A DNA stretch of 57,059 bases, counting the filler, from Catajapyx aquilonaris (lineage: Eukaryota), in the NCBI GenBank assembly GCA_000934665.2. It is 3 parts of 3 records of this genome, joined end to end, with 100 filler letters (N's around TTAATTAATTAA, not from the genome) between each part and the next. Parts side by side here need not be neighbours in the genome. Positions count along the whole stretch, not along the records: positions 19,037 to 38,038 come from JYFJ02006572.1; positions 38,139 to 57,059 come from JYFJ02006573.1; 1 more part is not named here. The stretch is one strand, 5' to 3'. The notes beneath the pieces are model-generated. The model was not told the DNA's origin, made no database searches, and was given only the letters and a program-made list of their open reading frames with translations. Each line of letters begins with the position of its first letter. Positions within the stretch are counted from its first letter, which is position 1. A program made the translations under genes and the position numbers. Positions 28,101-39,244 of the stretch are shown here, in pieces.

Positions 28101-29954
28101 GTAATAGTAATAATAATAATTAATAATCTGGGTAGTGCTTGATCTCATTGCGAGGTATGTAGCTCAGAACCTTTTTTCCAATCGCCCGGGTTGTTTTGTG
28201 AACTCCCCCGGGTGGATTAGTCCACGATTAGTCCCACCCGAGACAAAGCCAGAAATGATCCAACTCTGCACAAGATGAAAGGGGGGAAAGCCCGGGCTTG
28301 GGCTCGAACCCGGGACCCTTCCATCCGTAGGCGCGTACGTTTCCGCAGAACCACTCTGCCTTCCCAGTGCTTAAAAATAAAGAGCTTATGACGACAAATT
28401 ATTAACTCAAAGGGAAACCTTAACTGTAGGCTACCGTAACACATTCTGTTGGCCATAAAATTCGTGACTTTTACTAAGGAAATATATAGCCTAGACCTTA
28501 TAATCTATCTATCGAAACTTTGACAGGCAATGGTTTTACTTTATTTACGCAGGTGTTTCCTGGTGTAAAAGGCATCGGTTGGCTGCATCCCTAAAGCTGT
28601 TCTTCCTGAGGGACAAGCAGAAAGCCAGCAACCATGTGGTAAGACAATATTGTTTATTTGACAGCAGTCTTTTACGACATTGTTGTGTTAAAATGCAGAG
28701 CACTACTTTACAGGTGTAATATGTAATATACAGTACACTTAGTACAGCAATTACAAATGATTTCTTACATGGAAATGAACTGACCTCTGAATGACCCAAA
28801 TCTGCATTGCAAGTTATGCTTTTCCATGTCACACTTAAAACCTTATTATCAAAAACCCCAAGGTGTCCAAAGAACGTAATTTTTCAAAAGCGTTGCACAG
28901 TCATTTATTCTATGGAGGATTACTTGTCATGAACAAGAAAAAATTCCAAGAATTATTCATTTTCTAACAACGCCAGAACAAAAATATATATAAGATCTCA
29001 AAATTATTATCCAACGCTCCTAACATTTTCTTTGGTGACTGGAAGTTGGAATAAGATTGCAAAATTATTGCAACTTTCAATCCAGATTTCTCAGTTAAGG
29101 ATAAGGCAAAGACTGAGTTTTACTTTTTAAACTATAAGGTTATTAAGATCAACCTCACTAAAATAATACTATTGCGATATGTGGCAACAACTATCTTGCA
29201 ACACATCCTGGACAATCCATATAACATCCACATATCAGATTGTAGGGTTGTGACAAATAAACATTTTCACTCTTGATTCCTAAGTACAATAACTTCAATG
29301 ACTTCACTTATTTATTTTCACTACGGTATGGGTTTTTATTGTGATACGCCGGAAACACCTATGCCAATATTAAAAGTGGACTAATATCACAATTTCAAAA
29401 GAAAACTGACGATAGCAGCGTACATGTAACTTTGCATCGTTTTAATCAGTCTGTTAATCGCATAAAACCTCGATCAATCCAGTAGAAGCTGCAGATGCAA
29501 ATTGAGATAGTCCGAATCTGAAACTGTTCATTTTAATAATATTATTCTATTTATATAGGTCCCAAGCCTGGAAGATGAGGCAAGTCTCAGGGCACGTATC
29601 CAAGCATTGAGGAAGAAGCACTACTATGGTGGTGACGTTGACAAAGATGAAGGCAACCATGATGTCATCGAAGATCTGGAGAAGAAGAAGTCGCGTGGAC
29701 AAAAGCCAGGCTCAGCAGCGGGGACAGGGGTCGAGTTCAGAGGGTTGCGGGTTAGGACATCGCATGGACCGCTCTTGGAACAATTGAAGGGCTTGGTGCA
29801 AGAAGGGGATAAATCCAATTTTGATCGGAAGGACTTCATTGGCCGCTCGGATAGGAAAAAAAGGCCGATCATTAGGTGCAAGAATGAGAGTCATCCAGCT
29901 GGAAACGAGCATGTCATACAGGCTGTGGATATATACCCCAGCTCCCTTTGGTAG
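25666..29954 (+). CDS. Basic protein with a single divergent HMG-box-like domain, about 295 aa
   Basis: Phase-consistent exons 25666-25708, 27165-27265, 27414-27675, 28553-28638, 29559-29954 (888 nt). HMG-like segment KTGFFLYFKWEILALRSKFPQVPPDDIYVMLRQNWFKKNSLDKNEY. Intron 3 is GC-AG. Confidence 0.72.
26257..27136. mobile_element. piggyBac-like non-autonomous element in intron 1 of the HMG-box gene
   Basis: TTAA-CCCATTTGT ... ACAAATGGG-TTAA (TTAA TSD, CCC/GGG termini). Confidence 0.75.
28042..28365 (-). mobile_element. tRNA-derived SINE family B (diverged, internally deleted)
   Basis: Similar to 19201-19600, with an (ATT)n tail and TSD AGTGCTTAA at 28033-28041 and 28366-28374. Confidence 0.85.
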
Positions 29955-31269
29955 TAAGAAGGGGGCAGATCCGGAGGTTTTTTGTGTCCCCTGTAAAGTT
30001 TTGTTTTTGGCACTTATCCCCTTCTTGCACCAAACCCTTCAATTCCCAGACGGATCGAGCGATCAGTCACAGTAAATGGACACCAGTGTAGCCATTCCCC
30101 AAAATTTTAGTGAAAAACATGCAGAAGAAGAATGCCCTATTTATTCCTGTTCAGAAAGGAGGATCGATCAGTTTTTTCTTCCTCCTAATCAGAAGGGAAA
30201 ATTCGCACGTGCAGACGATGTGGCATTTTGGTCGAATTTCATTGGTGCTTATTCTACAGGGCATTTGCCTCGAGGGTGACCTTATGCAAGCCAGAGGATC
30301 ACTTTACATAGCGGGGTCATTATTTTGATCTGCACAGCATATATTACCGAGATAAGACAGAGCATTTTATACCACATAGTGGAAGTTTGGCATTAGGTCA
30401 CACCACTTGGGTCACACACAGGAGGCGTCCAAAACTACCGTATACACGGCTGCAGAAAGTGTTGGATCCCCAGTGCAAATAAAAACTTCATGGTAACTCT
30501 TGCATACCAAAATATGTAATTCAACCATGGGAAGGGCACTTGGTACTTCTTCCTCTAAACTTCTAAAGACTCTCTGTAAGCCACAACTATAGTTTCAGAT
30601 AAGAATTTGAGTTTTACCAGCTCTTGGTTTTACTACTGTTACCCTGTATTTCTGGGAGTCGGGTAGGCCTAACTGGTTCGTTTTGTAATAATCTTTGAGG
30701 ACTGACTTAAATGGATTTCATGGCTTCTGAATTTAAAACGTTTACAATATTCAGTTTAACCGTTTTTGTTTGATGCTGATGGTGCCTGCGGCATCTTTTT
30801 CTGCATCTCTTCCGTCCAGGTTGTGACTATAGTAGCCGACGCAGGGTAGTCCTCAATGCTAGAGTGAACATCTGGGTTGGATCGTCTCTGTGATATGGTC
30901 CTCCAGAACGAATATTTCACGTGCTTATAGTCAATTACATTGTATAGACATACAGTGAAACACAATAAGTCCAATTTTGGTGGTTTTGGTTCACAACCCT
31001 ATGTATAGCTTATGAGTTATAACACTCTTTATAGGCCTATGCAATCAAAGGACAAATATTGCAGTAACCAAACATCTCCCCAAGTATAGGGAATTAACTT
31101 CTTAAAGAACCACGAGGCAAAGTCTCGTTACCCTATGTGCTATAAGATGTGCTATGTGCTCGTGTAGCTCCAGGTAGATTCCATTTTCTTTCATCTCGAA
31201 ATTGGCAAAGCGATCCTTGCTGGGTCTACTCCTTGGTACTCCCAGGTCCTCCTTGGTACTCCTTGAATT

Positions 31270-31544
31270 ACCGAAGCAGGTTGGCATAGTGGATAAGGCG
31301 TCCGACTGCTAATCGGGAGGTCCTGGGTTCGAATCCCGGTGCCGGCAACTCTAACCGTGGTTTTCTGTGGTTTCCCACGGTTTCTCCAGGAGAATTCCGG
31401 AGTTGTTTCCTAATAAACAGGCCACAGCCGCCCCCTTCCTTTCCTATCCTCTCCCAAAAAGCAATAAGTAAAAATGCAAGCAAAGAGTTCCAGACAAAAC
31501 AAAAATTCCCCCCTAAACAGCCGCCGGCTGATAACGGGGTATGA

Positions 31545-31615
<71 letters not shown>
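31270..31615 (+). mobile_element. tRNA-derived SINE family C (GCT-anticodon-like head)
   Basis: A-box TGGCATAGTGG, anticodon-like arm CCGA-CTGCTAA-TCGG, B-box GGTTCGAATCCC, (ATT)n tail, TSD TACTCCTTGAATT at 31257-31269 and 31616-31628. Confidence 0.9.
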
Positions 31616-31618
<3 letters not shown>

Positions 31619-33118
31619 TCCTTGAATTTGGTACTCCAGTGTTCACTTTACAGTCGAGTTCCCTTGCATATTACTCTCGGGCACTAGGCCTATGGGATAA
31701 TGTAGTGCCCCATGATCCCACGTCAGGAACACCATGATGAATGATAGGCACCGGACAGCTTTAAGATATATATTCTTCACACATGTACAGATAAACGTCT
31801 GATCTCTCGAACAGTCACTCAACGACTCCCCGTTCCAAACAGTCCCGCATATATCAACACTGCTCCCTTAACAACGGTTTCCAGAACAATCCTCCTGACA
31901 ACAATGCAGTACTGTTGCCAGGACTCGAACCACTACAATAACTTATTTTGAACATGATTGTACCCAGTACCCTGGCCTATTACTTTGAAAACAAAAAAAT
32001 CCTGATTAGTTTTGTGGAAATTCTTCTCCTGACCCCGAGTATAAACAACATTGTTAATATAATCAATATTACTGGTATTTTATCAAACTATACTGCATCA
32101 CGTCACTACAACAGAGGCAGTTTATTATAAGTGGAAAGGGGATAGTAAGGAGGCCGATTATGTCAAAAAATACATACAGTTATGTAACCGACTTCGAAGG
32201 ACTGCGGAAAAAGTCTGTTATAGCCGAGGTCTGTTATAGCCAAATTGCCACCTTTTCAACGAACACGCAAATATTTCTGCTTTCAGTATGCCTATAATGC
32301 ACACTACTGGATGCTTACTGATGAAATGAAACTACGGTATATAATTATCCACAAAAATTGCAAAATTAGCTCACCCAAAAATTATGCAGGACGAAAAATG
32401 CGTAATTTTCTGAACAGACGACATGTGTGCCTCAACCTTGTGGTGCAAAACTTGCGAGTAACACGCTTAGATCACTGACAGATGCGAAAATCACCCCTCC
32501 CGCTCCAGTATTCTCTGCGTGATACATGCGTGCACATCATTGTTATGCGTAGCGTTGTGGAGTACTTAATATTTTTCAGAGCCGACGAGAGGAAGTCATA
32601 TCAGTGATTCCATTTCGACGTGAAAGCTCCAGCACGGATATGCCCTTGCAAACCTTGTTGCTTACATTCATGATGTTAAAGACTCAACATCCGATGGGTT
32701 CCCCCTTTACAAAATGACAGATTTAGCAAGGGTAATACGAAGACTCTTACTGAGGGACATGGGAATTTAGATCCTTGACATCTGCATGCCTTACCTCCAA
32801 GCTTCAGGGAAGCGGGGCCAACCAGCCAAGATATCCTTCTGGCTTTCTGGGACGATGCTGACGAATCGGTACGGTCAGCTTTTCGAGACAAATTATTATC
32901 AGACACATTCCAGTTCACCAACATTGATAGTGTCATAAGGAAAGACATATTTAGCCAGGACGAGAAAGACTGGAAGGGTATGATGAACAAGCAGAGTGAC
33001 AGTACCCCCCTATCATTGGAAGTGCTAAATCTGAGGGGTCCTGGCAGCGTAGCAATGACCAATGATGACCAGCTTATTAATTCGTTTTCTGAGCTCATTG
33101 CGTACCATCATACACACA

Positions 33119-34020
33119 CACTGAGGCGCTTAGAACAAAAGTGGCCCAAGTCTAAAAAAATGCAATTTTCGAGATAGGACTGCCATCACATTCGGAGAAC
33201 TACTCCAAGTTGGTAAAAAAATTGTATAAATCCTAAGTTGGATATTTGGGCAGTAAATGACATATGTCATTTATGCTCCAAGGAGAGTTGCCTACCCCTT
33301 GGAGCAATCCTGGTGTAAGTCCCATACCAGCTGTTAAAGATGGCAGACGAAGATCCAAGTGATATTTCTGGGGGCACCTCTATGGACAAAATAATATTGT
33401 GTATGACAAATAATAAGTGTGTGGCTGTCAGTTTTGCCATTTTGAAAATTATGTCGTGAATTTGCGAATTTTAAATATTTGCTGAAAATTTCCTTCTCTT
33501 AAATTTTTTATTGAAATTACCGTAATTTTTACTAAAATCATTTTCGTTAAAATTGAGGAATGATCAAAGGAAATTTTATAAATACAGTTGAGAGCAGATA
33601 TAACGGCCTCGGCTATAACGGACTCGAAAGGACGGTCACGGCATATTTCCATAATTATGGCTTGTGTATTCGGCTATAACAGACCTCGGTTATACAAGTA
33701 ACAAGACTGATTTCCGCAGTCCCTTGAAGTCTATTATATCCGTCTATTACACCCAGTCAACAATGGTGTAAGTTCATGATTCTGTAGGATCATTATGGTG
33801 TAAGTCACACATGATTTTTATCAATAAATCAGTTTTTTTGTTACAGTAGCAATACATCTAAAAAAGACTGCCATGTAATGATTGGCAATCTGACATAATA
33901 TGGATACAATACAGACATATGATTTCCCTTTTTTCTATGACCTTTCAAACTTCCAGGCGAATTATCCCAACTTGAGCTTTTTGGACTTGGGCCACTTATT
34001 TGTTCTAAGCGCCTCACTTG
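33119..34020. mobile_element. Inverted-repeat element (Tc1-associated) with a nested TATAAC-family MITE at about 33584-33750
   Basis: TGAGGCGCTTAGAACAAAAGTGGCCCAAGTCTAAAAA versus TTTTTGGACTTGGGCCACTTATTTGTTCTAAGCGCCTCA. Confidence 0.6.
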
Positions 34021-34037
34021 TGACATCATGCCATACA

Positions 34038-34312
34038 TTAATACTTTGTGCTTCCAACATTTGCTCTAATTACTGCAGCACTGCATTGACGTGAAATTGA
34101 CGAAATCAACTGGTCTACTAGAAAAGTATCAACTTCGTGGAACCAAATAAACTGGCACAATCTGCTCCTTGAGCTAGAGGAGATTCTCTGGTGACTTCTT
34201 CATGACCAGGTCACCCATTTCCCTCCTTTATATTCTCAATTGGATTGAGATCTGGTCTTTGCCCTGGCCAGGGCAGTGTTTTGTTATGCTTCTCCTGGAG
34301 AAATTTCTTTAT
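34038..34312 (-). mobile_element. Tc1 transposase C-terminal remnant
   Basis: The - strand reads IKKFLQEKHNKTLPWPGQRPDLNPIENI (WPxxSPDLNPIE motif) and ends ...AVIRANVGSTKY*, typical of Tc1. Stops and frameshifts lie between the two. Confidence 0.8.
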
Positions 34313-35507
34313 CTGTGATTGGTAATAACATCATATGCCTTTAATATTTTTTTCTGAGAGACATAATGGAATGATTTAAGCTACCGTCAAATGGGGTGAT
34401 GTTGGCTGGCCGGGTGAACTTGGCCACAATTCCAAAACTGTCATTAATGAATATTTAAGGTAACATGTGTCATAAAAATGGGGCTTTCAATGACGTCATC
34501 ATGCCATTACTGCAGGACAATATATTATTTAGCATGCTGTAGACCAAAAAAAATTCACCTGTGCTGACATAGGTGAGCAAGGAGATAAAATATGTTAAAG
34601 TCCACCACATGAAGCCATCAAATTTTCATAGTGTGCAAACTTTATTTTGCAAATCAAGAAATTGAGAACCAATGGTATTGTCCATTTTTAAGAGATGAAG
34701 GTGAACTTTTTCAGTGGTGGTATAATGTTTATTACTGCTTATGAACATCGTTCCTTAAAAACACATTAAAAATTCCTATCAGAACTCGTTTCCCACAGTG
34801 CATTTGTAATGGGAAAATTCATTGACTTCATCAAAATGGTCTCTCATGGTGCGGATAATTTTGTCATTTAGAACCTTCAAATACTTTGTGATTCATAGTT
34901 CCTGTACAGCCTACAACATTTCTGTACAGAACCTATGAATCACATACAGTATTAAAGTGCTAGGTGGATGATTTTCAGGTGCCAAATTCAACCTGTATAA
35001 ATTGCAACCTAGGACTGGCAGATCATAGTTGGAACTGTAGGTATGTAGGTATGGCAATTCAATAGTAATTGAGTTTTCAAAGCATATTAGACTTGTATAA
35101 TATTCTAGTATAGAAGTAAGGCACTCATGTGGACCTGTTCAGTGTCAAAATATGCAACATTATTTTGCTACAAATATGTAGGCCCTTATGTCACAGTAGC
35201 CTACTGTATAATGTGAAACAAATATTCACTATTTTTTCTTTCCCAAATCAGTGCTAGATATTTTTGTCATTTAATTCAAGGTGTAATTGACTTACCTACT
35301 AGTAAGGCCTGTCACTGACTGTAAGCTGAAAGAAAAATGTCAAAATACTGTACCCTCTTTACTTCTGTTTTATATTGCACATTGCTGACTGAGATATTCT
35401 AAACATTCTGCAAAGTTTTCTTATGTTATCCACCATACATATCTGAGTTCACCTCCAAACAAGCCTATTGGCTTGGGAATGGGATAATATATGGTAGCTT
35501 ACATTAG

Positions 35508-35651
35508 ACATCAGACTAGGGGCGGGATAGCTTACCCGGGGTCACCAGACTAGGGGCCATAGGCAATCACCATGGCAACATATGTAAAAGGATAGCAGTA
35601 AACAACCAGTTACCCCAGGGGGCAAGCTACCACGGGTCACCAGACTATACC

Positions 35652-35724
<73 letters not shown>
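35508..35724 (+). mobile_element. Probable retroposon 3' end with (AAT)n tail
   Basis: Repeated GGTCACCAGACTA/CAGACTAGGGGC units followed by a long (AAT)n tract. No clear TSD found. Confidence 0.4.
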
Positions 35725-35728
<4 letters not shown>

Positions 35729-36279
35729 TTTGCCACACATTTTGACTTAGGTAAACAAGTTATACCTAAATAAGTGTAATCCAAAATATTATTGGGATGT
35801 CTTCTCATACTAAAATAATCCCAAAATAAATTATTGTGCTATGGATGGCCTTCATGAAGTCACAGAAAAACTCCTGTTTTCTTATTCTTTATTCAGTAGC
35901 ACCATGATTGTGTCTATAATTGATTGTTACAAGAGTGCAGGTCACAAATCGAGAAAAAAAACGAAAAAAGACAGCTGGCATTTCAGTGGGAATAATGGGA
36001 ACATAAATTGAATGACCTTTCTGAGTCAACATGCTGGCTATCCTGGTCGTCCTTTGACGACCTGCACCATCCCATAGTCTTCATAAGCCAACGAGAGGTT
36101 CTCCATGGGCTCAACGACCTGGAAAAAGACACAACATCAGCAAGTGTAGTAGTTAATATGTAACAGTTTCCACACAAGATTTTGTAAATACTAACTGGTT
36201 AATCACTTTCTGGAGCACATCATTGCTTTCATTGACCCATCAGCAGATACTTATTTATTTAATAATTAATTAATTACTA

Positions 36280-36458
36280 CAGTTGAATCCGGATATAACA
36301 GACCTCAAGGGACCACGGAAATCAGTCCGTTGTAACCAATGTCTGTTATAGCCGAATACAAAAGCCATATCTGGACGTGTGCCGGGACCGGCCTTTCGAG
36401 TCTGTTATAAGCGAAAGTCTGTTATAGTCGAGGTTGTTATTATATCCCGATTCAACTG
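36280..36458. mobile_element. pogo/Tigger-like MITE (TATAAC/GTTATA family)
   Basis: TA-CAGTTGAATCCGGATATAA ... TTATATCCCGATTCAACTG. Confidence 0.8.
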
Positions 36459-37488
36459 CAGTTAATTTCTGGTGCCTTTTGGTCACCTGTCTCTCCATCC
36501 GAGTTCATCATTTTCACTATAGTGACTAACACCTTATTAATACGGGTGTGTGGATATCTCGGTGGATATCCTGCAAGTGATTTTACCTCATCGTTGGGAT
36601 CACAAAGCGTGTACAGGCTCTCGGCATAGAGCATCACCTTCTTCCTCATGTTCCCCATAATCTCCGACTTCTCATGGGCGTATTTTCTGGCTTTCGCTCC
36701 TCAGCACCCTTATCCTTGGCCTTTCGTTCCTCATCACCCTTCTCCTTGCCACGTCCCTCCACTTCTTCATCAGATGAGGACGAGTCGTCAGCCAGGCTGA
36801 TAACTATCTCCTTGCCTGGCTTATTGGTAGGCGGGTTAGGGCGGGTCGGGGCCAGGTTCCAGCTGATGTCTTCTGGCTCATCCTTCTGTTCAATCGGAGG
36901 CCGCCTCCTGCGCCACTTTGCCATGGTATTCTCCTGGACATCTTCTGGTGTGGGGGCAGGTCCCTCTGGATTTGGCCAGTACCTGACATACTCCTTCATG
37001 AGTGGATAAAACTCATCCTTCTTCGCCTGGTTGGAATCCTTGGGCCTGGCCATGGGCCGCCTGACCGATCCCTTCCCATGCCACTATAAAATGGAACGTG
37101 ACTATATATTGCTCTCTTTGGGTGCAAAATGTGAGTTATTTACCTCCCGTTGAGCCAACGAGTTGTCCTCTTCCTTGTCCTTGCTGTTTGGGGTCACGCA
37201 TTTGACCAGGAGAGACGAGGCCTCGTCCTCAGATCTACCTGCCCAGCTCCCTTCACCTGATGCAGCCATTTTCCTATTCTCCAGTTCTCCTTCGATGTTG
37301 CCAGTAGGAAAAGGGTGGCCAACAGGACATGGATTTCACAATGAGAAAGCAGGGTTGCCAATAACAGTAGTGTTTCCCAAAATGGCCGAACGAAGGCGCT
37401 TTTGGAGGCGCCAAAATTCAAAGTGTTAGTAGACGAGAGTGGTAGGATTGGGCCTCTTTCTCACAGTAATTTAATTGCCCATATGTGG

Positions 37489-37590
37489 CCTTGTGTGAAG
37501 AGGAAAAAACATGACTATGGAAGAGGAAAAAACATGACTATGGAAGAAGAAGAAGAAGAAGAAGAAGAAGAAGAAGAAGAAGAAGAAGAA

Positions 37591-37631
<41 letters not shown>
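37489..37631 (+). repeat. Short retroposon tail: 23-bp tandem duplication + (GAA)n(TAA)n
   Basis: GAAGAGGAAAAAACATGACTATG twice, then a compound microsatellite, flanked by ATATGTGG (37481-37488, 37632-37639). Confidence 0.6.
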
Positions 37632-37634
<3 letters not shown>

Positions 37635-38492
37635 TGTGGGTAATGCTTTCACCCCTTCAATTATCTTCAATTTATCCAGTAATGTCATTTTGATGCAACA
37701 GAGTCATGGAATGTGTGTTTACAGGCATGGGCTAGCTATTTATGAACAAAAATCCCAAATCCCAGACCAAGGCCAGGGACCATATTATCCCTATATATAT
37801 AAAGCTCAAAATGTGTACATATATTTATTTATCACGCCTAATTAAGCCGCTTCCCGGGCACGGAGAGAGCTCAAATTTCTCAGAGCCATGTCTTACATAT
37901 CACTGACCCCGAGAAAAGTCCCAAACCAGAACTTTTTTGAGTCTAAGGGGGGTTTTCAGCAGAATAAGCAATTGCCTAGCAACCCTGGCTGTCAACAAGC
38001 CCAAATGATGGATCTGCCTCTCTCACTCACGTTTTAAANNNNNNNNNNNNNNNNNNNNNNNNNNNNNNNNNNNNNNNNNNNNTTAATTAATTAANNNNNN
38101 NNNNNNNNNNNNNNNNNNNNNNNNNNNNNNNNNNNNNNTGGATCTTATGCCCTCCATGCTGAAGAGTATCCTTCCGCGAAAAAGTCATTTTGACCAAAAG
38201 GTGGACTTATGCCCTTTCCATTCTGGGTGATTCAAATGGTCTTTCTTTAGAAAATAAAATACATCAACTTGCGTATAGCATTGACGTTATTTTTGAAATC
38301 ATGTGTTGCGAAATTTCCTTGCATGACAGTGGGTCGAATATAGCAGGTGCTATAGAATGGAGCACGTGGTTAGGGGCACAACAAGCTACAAAAAAAAATA
38401 ACTGCGATCGGGTGATATCAGTTATCAAAAAGTGACCCACAAACTACCTGTATATACTGGATATGGGCAGTGTAACACGCTATGTACCTGGT

Positions 38493-38600
38493 GTCCAACA
38501 AGAATTGTCGCAAGCGGCAGCGCACGAACTACAGTCTCTCGTATACCTGTGCTCGTAGATTGTAGTTCGTGCGCTGCCGCTGCGACAATTCTTGTTGGAC
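38493..38600. repeat. Near-perfect hairpin with about 40-bp arms
   Basis: GTCCAACAAGAATTGTCGCA(A)GCGGCAGCGCACGAACTACA ... TGTAGTTCGTGCGCTGCCGCTGCGACAATTCTTGTTGGAC. Confidence 0.85.
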
Positions 38601-39244
38601 TGATAGTACACCCGCAAGCATAAAGATGGAGACAGCAGGCCCTCACCTTCGGCAGGCTGTTCTGCCAATCTCAGCTATTACGGTATCAAATACACGAACA
38701 CGCGCCTGAAGCAGCTAACTCGGTCCAAAAAGAGTTCATTAATTTGAGTTGTATGAAAAAGGTCATCTTCTTCTTTATGCTCACGGGGGTACATGATGGG
38801 ACGGTACCTTTTTAAATATGTTAACATCAAATTGCTCCTCCCAGGTATTTTGTTAGTCTATCTCAGAATAATTGTACTCAAGCAAGTGAGTGTGCAACCC
38901 CTCACCATGTCCAGTGGAAGTGTTGGTTGATTATTATGTGCAACACCTTCCTAGGTACCTATGTTTTGTTCCATAAGATGTTTACAGATTTTTTTTTGTA
39001 AAGGAGATTATTATATCCTGCATCAAGTGTGCAGAGCTGATTGATCAGTGAGCTTTGAATGCAGCATTAGCTTCTTCAGAAAGACTCCTTGTGAGGCCAT
39101 GATATTATGCAAGCTGCAGATTTGTATTGCTGTGCACTGTTTTCCAATTTGCATTCATTTGTCAAGCAGTACAATTGGCTTACTTTTTTCATGGGTGTGG
39201 AGGATAAGGGAAAAACAAAACATCTGGCTTTCGTGTATTTTCAG

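Larger units (their letters stand above)
30756..37269 (-). pseudogene. Multi-exon gene of unknown function, apparently decaying
   Basis: Exon 37269-37144 (MAASGEGS..., GTAAAT donor) splices in phase to an exon starting at 37083 (acidic/basic, Pro-rich). There is a 1-nt frameshift at about 36690. Further exon-like segments lie at about 36118-36017, 31760-31132 (split by a SINE, in-frame stop) and 30905-30756. Whether the distal segments belong to the same gene is uncertain. Confidence 0.45.

Noticed and set aside
31270..31345. tRNA-Ser(GCT)-like cloverleaf
   Set aside because: No long variable arm and a poor acceptor stem. It is followed by a SINE body, an (ATT)n tail and a TSD, so it is a SINE head rather than a tRNA gene.
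36452..37269. Possible transformer/feminizer gene next to tra2
   Set aside because: No RS-dipeptide domain or recognisable Tra/CAM motif is visible.
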